Shown in pieces: positions 29,732-37,819 of a stretch of DNA of 52,859 nucleotides (its first letter is position 1; each line of letters starts with the position of its first letter). Below the pieces are notes generated by a model. That model saw nothing but the letters and a program-made list of their open reading frames with translations. It was not told the origin of the DNA and searched no databases. Made by a program: the position numbers and the translations under genes. Origin of the DNA: a virus. Lineage: Duplodnaviria; Caudoviricetes. The stretch is from positions 1-52,859 of IMG/VR virus record IMGVR_UViG_3300027816_000137; one strand, 5' to 3'.

Positions 29732-29995
29732 ATGGCTAAGTCTCGCACACAACAATACTACGATAAGAACCCGGATGCAAAGAAGCGTAAAGCTGCTTAC
29801 GATGCGCTGTATAATAAAGACCCCAAACAGCGAAAATATAGGTCGGAACTGAATAAAGCCAATAGGAAAGCCGGAACCTATGGTAATGGGGATAATAAAG
29901 ATATGAGCCATACCAAGAATGGTAAGCTCGTTAAGGAACACCAATCTAAGAACCGTGGTCGTAACGGAGCAGATGGGAAGTCCACAAAAAAGTGA
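29732..29995 (+). CDS. Small basic protein (degenerate HNH-like), probably leaderless
   Basis: K/R-rich; KDMSH...SKNRGRNG. A TATATTTG box at 29721-29728 puts +1 about at the ATG. Confidence 0.6.
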   Translation: MAKSRTQQYYDKNPDAKKRKAAYDALYNKDPKQRKYRSELNKANRKAGTYGNGDNKDMSHTKNGKLVKEHQSKNRGRNGADGKSTKK

Positions 29996-30002
29996 GAGTG
30001 AA

Positions 30003-31292
30003 CTACAATACCGGGCTGTTATACTTGTTGAAGCACATATAGCATACTCCTTCATTTTTATCTAGGTCTTTATCGCTAGCGTATCCGCCACAAGACCAGC
30101 AGCATTTATTATCATCAGGGAAGATAGCCTCCTTCTGCTCAAGGCAGTAGTTAGCAAACTCCAAACACTCATCGAGGGAATCCTCGGAGAGATACTGCTC
30201 GTGATACGCTACATCTATCTTACCCATCTCTTCATACTTAGTGATGTGACCAGTAGTATTAGAGTACACGCCATTACCGCAGTACTTATATCCTGACTTT
30301 ACCAGGACTGAATGGTAGTAAATATCTTCAAACAGCATCTCCTTTAGGTCTTCATTAGTAGGCATATCGCCATACCAATCTAAGCAGTACTCGTCATTAT
30401 TGCTACCACCTGTTACATCAACCTTTACGGCAGATGGCTTGTAGTCATAACCACTATACCAATCGTCATGTGTATCGTAGTAGCCATAAGACTTTTTTCC
30501 GTATATATTTTTTGTATCGTACATAACAGGCTCAGGCTTATGCGGATACTTTTTAATAAGGCTTCCGATGATACCATATACCATATCCTTGGTATTGTTT
30601 ACATCATCCACATCTATTATCTCGTCTGTTGAGTGAGGGTTATGGTATCCGCAGCTCATATTAGCACAGCTTATACCTACCTGTCTTGCTGTCAACTTAC
30701 CTACGTCTGTGATGCCACCTGTATGGAACTTGTACCCATAGTTAGTAATGATTCCTAGTATGTCATCTTGGAAATCCTTTGATGATATTTGTGTACCTGA
30801 TATGGAGGTTACGAAGTCAGCATTACCTTTCCTGTCACATTGTAGGATATACATACAGTCATCGAAGAAGGACAGGTCAGCAAGTCCACTGCCTACGCAA
30901 CCTATCTCCTCGTCTCTGAAGAAGCAGGCTTTGATACTAGGGAAGTCTCTTACCGCAGCTAGTGCGATATAGATACCTACCTTGTCATCACCACCGATAC
31001 CTGTGAAGTTACGCTTAGATAGGTCGTAGGCATATACGATACCATTCTTCTCGTCATATCCTACAGAGTAGTAGTCATCAGGTATGATGTCATGGACAGT
31101 ATCTGTATGGGATACGATGCAAGGATAACCTGCACTAGTTGGGTCTCCCTTGGTCACATACACATTACCATCTACAACGGATACATCTGCACCGAAGTGG
31201 TGTGCGTATTGTACTATGAGGGATGTCATACGTTCTACTTTGCCGGAGTATGATTGCGTTTCGAGAATGTCTCGGAATAATTGTTCTACCAT
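30003..31292 (-). CDS. M20/M28-family zinc peptidase with Tyr-rich and Zn-finger C-terminus
   Basis: SHTDTVH, GGDDKVG, DEEIGCVGS, CDRKG and GYHNPHS motifs. Confidence 0.85.
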   Translation of the reverse strand: MVEQLFRDILETQSYSGKVERMTSLIVQYAHHFGADVSVVDGNVYVTKGDPTSAGYPCIVSHTDTVHDIIPDDYYSVGYDEKNGIVYAYDLSKRNFTGIGGDDKVGIYIALAAVRDFPSIKACFFRDEEIGCVGSGLADLSFFDDCMYILQCDRKGNADFVTSISGTQISSKDFQDDILGIITNYGYKFHTGGITDVGKLTARQVGISCANMSCGYHNPHSTDEIIDVDDVNNTKDMVYGIIGSLIKKYPHKPEPVMYDTKNIYGKKSYGYYDTHDDWYSGYDYKPSAVKVDVTGGSNNDEYCLDWYGDMPTNEDLKEMLFEDIYYHSVLVKSGYKYCGNGVYSNTTGHITKYEEMGKIDVAYHEQYLSEDSLDECLEFANYCLEQKEAIFPDDNKCCWSCGGYASDKDLDKNEGVCYMCFNKYNSPVL

Positions 31293-31317
31293 TGTATTTT
31301 ATTTTAATTGTTATTGA

Positions 31318-32913
31318 TTAGGGTTGCTCTTCTTCTTCGCTTTCGTTCTCTGCCATAAACTTATCGTACTCATCCTGTGTTACCTTGCGACCATCGGGAA
31401 GTTCTTGTGCTTCCTTAATGAGCATCCACTCACCGCTTATCTCACATTGTACGCATTTGTCAATCTTGTAGTAGCAACCATCTACTTCAACGGCTACCTC
31501 ATCTATGTCATCCTCGTGAACATAACCATATTCCTCTACGTATATAGCATCATCTATGTGTATCGTATTTTGTGTGTACTCGCAGTAAGTGGTATTATCT
31601 ACGTGGTAGTATCTATCTCTTGATTCAACGTATGTGATGTTATCATCGTCTTGATGGTAGTATGAGCCTCTAATCTCTACGCTATTCGCCCAGCTAATGT
31701 AGTCGCTATACGAATCACAATACACAGCATCCTCCTCATCTAGCCATTCTCCTTCCCAATCAGACCATACTTGACCATCTCGGTTCTCATCATCATCTTC
31801 TTCCTCTTCCTCCTCTTCCTCATTGTCAAAGAATACCCTTACACTTTTTTCTTCGTGATTAGGATTGAGTATTATATCGTAGAATATACCACTTCTCCAA
31901 CTTCTTGCGTGCTCAGTTACTAGCGATTCATTATACGTCTTTATCATCTCATCTATTACACCACGCCTCCTACCATTATACAGCAATGCAAACGATACCT
32001 CAGAGCGTAATAACTTTGTTTCGTTGTCTATGCTAAAAAAATCTGAATTGAAACTTGGTCCGCTTGTGCTACGAAACTGATAACATCTAAGACCTTGCTC
32101 TCTTTGTGACAGACAGTTGGTAGCGTAGAATTTATCACCATCTTTTACGATGTACATTACTGTATCTAGCCAGGGCATAGACGACCACGACTCATCAATA
32201 TGCACCGGAATCTTTACTATCTCAGGGCTAATCTTGCTGCCATTGTACATATCGAATGCAAAGAAGTGACAGCTTTGTTGAGACTTGTAATAGAAGCCGT
32301 GTCTTTTTGCATACTCAATCATCGTAGTACAATGAGCATCTGTTGCGTGGTAGACGGTATCCATATATGTATTCTCACCATCGAACCAAAGCAATGCCCT
32401 TGCTACAATTTTGTAGTCATTGTTCCTGAGTATCAGCATTGATATACTATCCTGATTCTGTTCATAGAACCTGAAGTATGGCTGACAAGTGTCATAACGC
32501 ATACAGCTACCCATCAGGTTAGATGATGTACTGAATTCTGCGTAGTTGGAATTGAGATAGTAATAGCCAATCATCTCACCGCTTACTACTGAGAAGTTAG
32601 GCGACTCAGCACCTTCTCCGTGTTCATCTCCGTTCATAGATACGTATGACTTAATCTTGTTGACAAAATGCTCTACATTTTTGTCGCTGTATTCATCATT
32701 GCCTTCAAGCATTCTGAATAGTTTACCCGGCTTCATTAGTTGCAGACCTTTGTCGGGCCATCTGCCGTTAACCTTTTGGACGTTACTACCTTTCTTGTAG
32801 AAGCCAAACATAGCACCCCTCAGGTGCACGTTTTCGATGGGTAGGTTTGATGTCAGAGAAATGAATGGGTCTGCTGCTTCGTTTAAGATTTCGAATGTTG
32901 TTACTGCGTACAT
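31318..32913 (-). CDS. Conserved phage protein with a GSCM domain and acidic Cys/His repeats
   Basis: GSCMRY...IVARALLW...YMDTVY; poly-Glu linker; repeated YC..Y...IH.DDA units. Confidence 0.6.
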   Translation of the reverse strand: MYAVTTFEILNEAADPFISLTSNLPIENVHLRGAMFGFYKKGSNVQKVNGRWPDKGLQLMKPGKLFRMLEGNDEYSDKNVEHFVNKIKSYVSMNGDEHGEGAESPNFSVVSGEMIGYYYLNSNYAEFSTSSNLMGSCMRYDTCQPYFRFYEQNQDSISMLILRNNDYKIVARALLWFDGENTYMDTVYHATDAHCTTMIEYAKRHGFYYKSQQSCHFFAFDMYNGSKISPEIVKIPVHIDESWSSMPWLDTVMYIVKDGDKFYATNCLSQREQGLRCYQFRSTSGPSFNSDFFSIDNETKLLRSEVSFALLYNGRRRGVIDEMIKTYNESLVTEHARSWRSGIFYDIILNPNHEEKSVRVFFDNEEEEEEEEDDDENRDGQVWSDWEGEWLDEEDAVYCDSYSDYISWANSVEIRGSYYHQDDDNITYVESRDRYYHVDNTTYCEYTQNTIHIDDAIYVEEYGYVHEDDIDEVAVEVDGCYYKIDKCVQCEISGEWMLIKEAQELPDGRKVTQDEYDKFMAENESEEEEQP

Positions 32914-32934
32914 AGTTTTTGTTTAGATATGAGT

Positions 32935-32962
32935 AAAAGGGAGGAGTTGTTACACCCCTCCC
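32935..32962 (-). terminator. Hairpin/terminator
   Basis: GGGAGG/CCTCCC stem with a short U-tract on the - strand. Confidence 0.5.
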
Positions 32963-32990
32963 GTGATGATGTCATTTGAGTGCTGCCTAA

Positions 32991-33380
32991 TTAACCAAGA
33001 GATGTGTAGCCGAGGTCAATCAAGTGCTGCTCCGCTTCGCTGTTTGCAAACACAGGAACAAGACGCACAGCCTTACCTTTCTTGGTAGGTGATGTGTACC
33101 ATACTACGTTGCCTCCTTGCTTGTGTAGGTAGAAGCCGTGTCCTGCCTCGTCACCTGAAGCTGTAGAGTTTACTACTTCGATGATTCGTGTGTCGCAGTA
33201 GTCTGGTACTCCTAGCGTATCAACGTAGTCATGAAGTTCTGAGGAGTCAAGGTTAAGTACGAAGCCTTGCTTTGATAGCAGGTCAGGCACTGCGTTAAGG
33301 ATAATGTTTTGTACATCACCGTTTTGGTCAGCGTTGTACATTGCTTTCAGCGTGTCGCGAGTTAATGTTACTTGTGACAT
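32991..33380 (-). CDS. Hypothetical protein (paralogue pair)
   Basis: ASGDEAGHGFYL and HLIDLGYTSL motifs shared with 33423-33908. Confidence 0.6.
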   Translation of the reverse strand: MSQVTLTRDTLKAMYNADQNGDVQNIILNAVPDLLSKQGFVLNLDSSELHDYVDTLGVPDYCDTRIIEVVNSTASGDEAGHGFYLHKQGGNVVWYTSPTKKGKAVRLVPVFANSEAEQHLIDLGYTSLG

Positions 33381-33422
33381 TTTAGAGTGACAGTTTTTAT
33401 CGTGGTGTCTCCACGTTATCGT

Positions 33423-33908
33423 TTAATTATTTGAGTTTTGTTTAGTAAATAGTTCTGATATGTTTGTATATCCCATAGACTTAAGGTATTCCTGCTCATC
33501 AGAATCATCTGTAATTACCATTGCCATATCATGTGATGAGTATGGTCTGACAAATACACTGCTGTTTATCAGATAGAACCCTAGCGATTCCTCTTCCCCC
33601 TGCGCAACACCAGCTATTGGGTCAAGAATATTTAACCGCCACATATGTTTCAATTTATTAATGTACGGTTCTATACCAAATATCCCACCAATATCGTCTT
33701 TTCTTTCCCTCATCTTTTGTCTACCTCTTGATAAAGCATTGTCTTTTTGTGGGTTATCTTCTTGTGCGATGAAGTCGTCTTCGATGTCGTCATCATCTTG
33801 TAGTACGTATGGGTGCTCTGATACAATTTCATCCCAGGCATCTCTGAATAGTGAGTCCTTGATTGTCATTAGGCTGTTCTTGACAGCGATTTTTTCTTGC
33901 TTTGTCAT
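33423..33908 (-). CDS. Hypothetical protein (paralogue pair)
   Basis: AQGEEESLGFYL and YLKSMGYTNI. Confidence 0.6.
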   Translation of the reverse strand: MTKQEKIAVKNSLMTIKDSLFRDAWDEIVSEHPYVLQDDDDIEDDFIAQEDNPQKDNALSRGRQKMRERKDDIGGIFGIEPYINKLKHMWRLNILDPIAGVAQGEEESLGFYLINSSVFVRPYSSHDMAMVITDDSDEQEYLKSMGYTNISELFTKQNSNN

Positions 33909-33919
33909 GTGTGTTTGTT

Positions 33920-34222
33920 TTAATTATTAGCGTTTAAGTGATTTATTGCTTCTTGGTACGAGTCAAAAAAGTATTCTTCTCCATCCTCGAAATCAGTTAC
34001 TAAATACTCTACTTCTCTTCCAAACATTGAGCATATACTTACTCCGTTTTCTAGTGCGATATAGACATATCCTGAATTTTCGTTGAATCCAACTTCCATA
34101 ATCCATTCTGTTGCACATTCGTTTGCGTACGCTGCGAATACTTGTGACAGCCCATGCGCTTCACATAACGCGATTCCGTCTTTACTTAATCCGATAATTT
34201 CAATTTGTGTTTTAGTCTTCAT
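33920..34222 (-). CDS. Hypothetical protein
   Basis: Acidic early ORF with an A-rich leader. Confidence 0.6.
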   Translation of the reverse strand: MKTKTQIEIIGLSKDGIALCEAHGLSQVFAAYANECATEWIMEVGFNENSGYVYIALENGVSICSMFGREVEYLVTDFEDGEEYFFDSYQEAINHLNANN

Positions 34223-34241
34223 ACGTTTTGTTTTTTAGTGA

Positions 34242-34478
34242 TTAATTGTGTTTCATGCCGGACATGACTCCGTATCCTTTGCGTTGAGCCAGGCGGTTAA
34301 TCCTGTTTGCTGTATCAAGCGGCACGACCTGAATGGTGTTACCTGTTTTGTGATTGGTTACAGGTATGCACCCGACTCTTTGCGTATTGGAGCAGGCGAT
34401 ACAGGTACTGAAACCGCATTTGCTTAGGCGTAGTTCCGGCATAGGTTTGAGGCAGCGAGAGCAGGGGATTGTAGTCAT
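34242..34478 (-). CDS. DksA/TraR-type C4 zinc-finger protein
   Basis: CSRCLKPMPELRL.....TCIAC matches the C4 finger spacing. Confidence 0.6.
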   Translation of the reverse strand: MTTIPCSRCLKPMPELRLSKCGFSTCIACSNTQRVGCIPVTNHKTGNTIQVVPLDTANRINRLAQRKGYGVMSGMKHN

Positions 34479-34502
34479 AGCTAAAATGTTGAGAGTGAAC
34501 GA

Positions 34503-34859
34503 TTAATTTTTTGCCTTAAGATATACTTTCTGTTCTGAGTACTCGTCAATAACGTACAGCTTTTTGCCTTGCTTGTATAGAGGGAAAGGCACGAGTACAG
34601 TATCCTTTCTACTTATTGAGTAGTACAATGTATCTATTGGCTCTACATTTTCAATACGTCCGTTTTTATCCGAGTACATTTCATTGAATGTTAGCACTCC
34701 TGTTTTAATATAGTTGAGTACTTCACCTTTGTACAGGAAGGAGTCCTTACCAATGTGGTATAGTTCACGTCCGTCATTGTAATCTCTGAATCCGTAGTTG
34801 TCGTATTGTGGCTGTACTTTACCTGAAAGCATCCACAAGAGAAAGATAATTTTGTGCAT
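34503..34859 (-). CDS. Hypothetical, possibly exported, protein
   Basis: Likely start MHKIIFLLWML at 34859, with a short hydrophobic N-terminus. Confidence 0.5.
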   Translation of the reverse strand: MHKIIFLLWMLSGKVQPQYDNYGFRDYNDGRELYHIGKDSFLYKGEVLNYIKTGVLTFNEMYSDKNGRIENVEPIDTLYYSISRKDTVLVPFPLYKQGKKLYVIDEYSEQKVYLKAKN

Positions 34860-34880
34860 TTTATTTGATTTAAGATTAAT

Positions 34881-34912
34881 AAAAAAGGCGGTCAGCATTA
34901 CCTGTTACCGCC
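34881..34912 (-). terminator. Intrinsic terminator
   Basis: GGCGGT/ACCGCC stem followed by a U6 tract on the - strand. Confidence 0.65.
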
Positions 34913-34934
34913 ATTTCCTCACTCAAACAATACC

Positions 34935-35057
34935 TTAGTCGTGTCCTGTCCCTTCTGTAAGGAATAGTTCCGAGTCTTCCATTTCCCATTCGTGTTTGCA
35001 GTACTTATCGAATAGGACAAAAGATAAGGCGATTAGTGCGATGATTAGTATTATCAT
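34935..35057 (-). CDS. Tiny membrane protein (40 aa)
   Basis: MIILIIALIALSFVLFDKY...; A-rich leader. Confidence 0.5.
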   Translation of the reverse strand: MIILIIALIALSFVLFDKYCKHEWEMEDSELFLTEGTGHD

Positions 35058-35068
35058 AGTTGTTTTAT

Positions 35069-35236
35069 TTAGAATGAAACCATTTGGGCATTACCTCTTG
35101 GCTTAGGCGCAGCCCCGTTGTACTTAGCCTTCATCCAAACACCGCATCCACCACCTCCCATATTTCTGACCGGGTTGCAAGATGCCATAACAGAAATGAT
35201 AATTGCTAGTCCGAATAGTTTTTTCAACGTCTTCAT
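35069..35236 (-). CDS. Small lipoprotein (55 aa); in-frame extension runs up to 35371
   Basis: MKTLKKLFGLAIIISVMAS|C lipobox, preceded by its own A-rich leader. Confidence 0.6.
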   Translation of the reverse strand: MKTLKKLFGLAIIISVMASCNPVRNMGGGGCGVWMKAKYNGAAPKPRGNAQMVSF

Positions 35237-35391
35237 AATAGATTTGTTTTTGTGTTTGGTGAGTGATTGTTTAAATACTTTAGTGTCGAAGTAGTGGCAG
35301 TTCGGTGATGGTATGGGGCGTTCATACCTCGTGCCAACATTTAGCTGTTGTGCCCATTCGTTGAAGTTCATTTTGTTTAGAGTTTAAAGTG

Positions 35392-35517
35392 TTAACGAAT
35401 AGAGTTTCTGTTACTGCATTTCTTCCCACCTGTGTTAGCTGCATCGAATGGTGAGTAGTACCTTGTGCAGCTTGACAGAAAGATAATGATGATGAGAGCG
35501 AACGATACCTTTTTCAT
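35392..35517 (-). CDS. Small lipoprotein (41 aa), absent from the ORF track
   Basis: MKKVSFALIIIIFLSS|CTRYYSPFDAANTGGKKCSNRNSIR. Confidence 0.65.
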   Translation of the reverse strand: MKKVSFALIIIIFLSSCTRYYSPFDAANTGGKKCSNRNSIR

Positions 35518-35528
35518 TTGAGTTTTGT

Positions 35529-35672
35529 TTATGGGATGATTGTAAATGTGTAAGTTCCTGATTCATAAAACGGAGGAAATCCGATTAGCCGTACGTAATT
35601 ATACATTCCGTATAGCCTTTCGAGATAGCGTTCCGCTTGTCTTTGTGTACTGAAATGTTTTTTAATTGTCAT
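35529..35672 (-). CDS. Small hypothetical protein (47 aa)
   Basis: MTIKKHFSTQRQAERYLERLYG...; ATGA overlap with the upstream gene. Confidence 0.55.
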   Translation of the reverse strand: MTIKKHFSTQRQAERYLERLYGMYNYVRLIGFPPFYESGTYTFTIIP

Positions 35673-35854
35673 ACACTTACCTTTTTAAATTCTGCAATAG
35701 CCATGATAGTCAGTGTACCAGCAGATGCGAACACTAAGCTAATGGCAAATAGATTGAATCCTGTTGGCTCTAGCATTGCGAAACCTAGAATAGGTACGAA
35801 AGCTGTTACGATTATAGATAGGATTACTGCGAAGAATGATAATACTTTTTTCAT
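35669..35854 (-). CDS. Small membrane protein (2 TM)
   Basis: Two hydrophobic helices. Confidence 0.6.
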   Translation of the reverse strand: MKKVLSFFAVILSIIVTAFVPILGFAMLEPTGFNLFAISLVFASAGTLTIMAIAEFKKVSV

Positions 35855-35859
35855 TTTGT

Positions 35860-36057
35860 TTAGATTGAGGGGTTAAAGTTTGGGTTTGCTGACATCTTGT
35901 TTAATAGTCTGAGTCTTGCCTGACTTTCGTACTCTTTAACGTCCATTCCCAGGAGATGTAGTATTTCCCTAGTCCGGGCGTGGGTGGATTGAGTTTTTAC
36001 GTGTACGTTTCTTCTGATTGTTCCGTTAGCTTTTACGGAGAGGATTTTCTGAGCCAT
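35860..36057 (-). CDS. Hypothetical basic protein
   Basis: Likely start MAQKILS at 36057, after an A-rich leader. Confidence 0.55.
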   Translation of the reverse strand: MAQKILSVKANGTIRRNVHVKTQSTHARTREILHLLGMDVKEYESQARLRLLNKMSANPNFNPSI

Positions 36058-36085
36058 AACATTATTGTTTAAGAGTGAGTAAATA

Positions 36086-36143
36086 GGGGACATCGAGGAA
36101 TCGAACCTCGCTCTACCTTTCGCCTACACTTAGTCTCTGTCCC
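36086..36143 (-). ncRNA. tRNA-like minihelix (acceptor stem plus T-arm; no canonical D or anticodon arm)
   Basis: GGGACA...CGAGG-UUCGAUU-CCUCG-A-UGUCCC-C. Confidence 0.55.
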
Positions 36144-36269
36144 TTTAAGTATAAAAAAAATACAAGTTACCCAAACAGAAACAACCCTTTGTTTAACATC
36201 AGGGCGAGTATAGGCATAGCCTGTTTATGAGTGAGTAAAAAGATTTTGAGTTGAGTTTTCTTAAGTTAT

Positions 36270-36660
36270 CTTTTTATTGCGTATTCTCTACAATTCTCAG
36301 CTTCACAATTTCATACGCAACCCTTACCAATTTCCAATGGATAAGTCGCTGACAGAATCCGTCCTCTGTTAGCGTGTAAGTTTTTCCCCGTTAAACGGTT
36401 GGATACATTACAACGAAAGCAATAACATAAAGATGTTTAATTGCTGTTAACTTCCGCTATGTCAAAGATATTTTTTCGTACAAAGGCGGACAAACTTTAT
36501 CCGTAATGGCAAAAAGAAACTATCTTTTTTTACTTGCCACTTAGCCAATGCGAAGAGAGGCGATACCCTGCTAACATCTGCTAGCTTAACTCCTTTCTGC
36601 TCCCTTAGCAATATCCGATATTGCCTACATTCTGTTTTCAAATGTATACTAAGGGAAACA
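36270..36660. ncRNA. Candidate structured non-coding RNA
   Basis: ORF-free, with at least seven stems including a three-way junction at 36601-36656. Confidence 0.4.
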
Positions 36661-36670
36661 CTAACAAATG

Positions 36671-37099
36671 TTATTCGATACCCGTTAATACTGAATCTGT
36701 TACCTGTTCTTTCTTCTCTCCTCTAAAGTAACGAGAGACCACATTTAACAGACGAGGGAAAGACCATCCGTTTAATGTGTTGCTATATTCTTCACGTGTT
36801 GTAAGGAATGGCAAGAAATCGGAATACTTTAAATTACTTATCTGTTCTGCTGTTATTGGTTTGCCTGTTTCGTCAGAAAGTAAGCGCACATAATCAGAAG
36901 CGAATTTTGTCAGCTGTTTGTAATGGAAGGAAAGTTTACGAGACTCATCCTTTGCATCTTTTACAGCCTGTTTTTTTGCTTCATTGGTTAACTTTCTTTT
37001 TAGCTTTGCTGTTGTGTCTTTCTCTTTTAAGGTGATTACTTTTTTTTCAGTGGCGATTGTTTCGCTAACCTGTGGGCTTTGTGTTGTTGTCTGTTTCAT
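36671..37099 (-). CDS. First early gene, hypothetical basic protein
   Basis: Directly downstream of tandem leftward promoters. Confidence 0.65.
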   Translation of the reverse strand: MKQTTTQSPQVSETIATEKKVITLKEKDTTAKLKRKLTNEAKKQAVKDAKDESRKLSFHYKQLTKFASDYVRLLSDETGKPITAEQISNLKYSDFLPFLTTREEYSNTLNGWSFPRLLNVVSRYFRGEKKEQVTDSVLTGIE

Positions 37100-37135
37100 T
37101 TTGTTTTTGTTTATGAGTGATTAATAATTACAAAG

Positions 37136-37269
37136 TAAAGATATGTATTAATGTAGTACAAAGCAAATAAATATTGTTAAAATATTCATAATGCTTTTTT
37201 ATCTGTTATCATCAATACATCATCAAAGAACTAAAACAAAGATAATATATTAATGTACTACATACCAAA
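37136..37269 (-). promoter_or_regulatory. Tandem early promoters with a boxA-like element
   Basis: TTTG-N21-TATCTTTG (37269-37237) and TTTG-N20-TATCTTTA (37167-37136). Both spacers contain TACATTAATA. GTTCTTTGA at 37231-37223. Confidence 0.7.
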
Positions 37270-37819
37270 TAAAAACAAAACTATCTTTGAAACAATGTTG
37301 CAAATAACTGTTAAAGTTTTGTGAAAGGATTACTAATAATATTAGCAAACATATTGCTAAACATATTAGCACATAACAAAAATACTTTGTTCCTCTTATT
37401 GCATATAGAATAAATATTTTTTCTGTATCTAATCAGCGACAAAGATACCTGAATACATCCGACAGAAGGAAAGAGAAATTAAATAGGGGGAATACCCTTC
37501 CATTGCGTCGGCATATCCCTTTAATAATCAATGAACTAACGGGAACGCATATACGATGTCTTTTAATTAGTAAATTTTAGGCTACTCAGTAGTAAAAATC
37601 GATTTCCCAAATTATCAACTATTGCAAAATGATTGATGTTACCCTGACGCTTTATGTATTATACGCTATTTTAGGAGAATTGGTAAATGCTTGATGTATT
37701 TGCTGGATGTGAGCTGTTATTTTTTTAATTAAATAATTATAAAATACAGCTAAATGTTTTTATAGATATTTAAACAGCAAATATTTTTATTGGATGTGTT
37801 GTGTTGCTGTTATGTGTAG

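Noticed and set aside
36086-36143. Functional decoding tRNA
   Set aside because: No D-arm or 5-bp anticodon stem with a 7-nt loop; only 58 nt.
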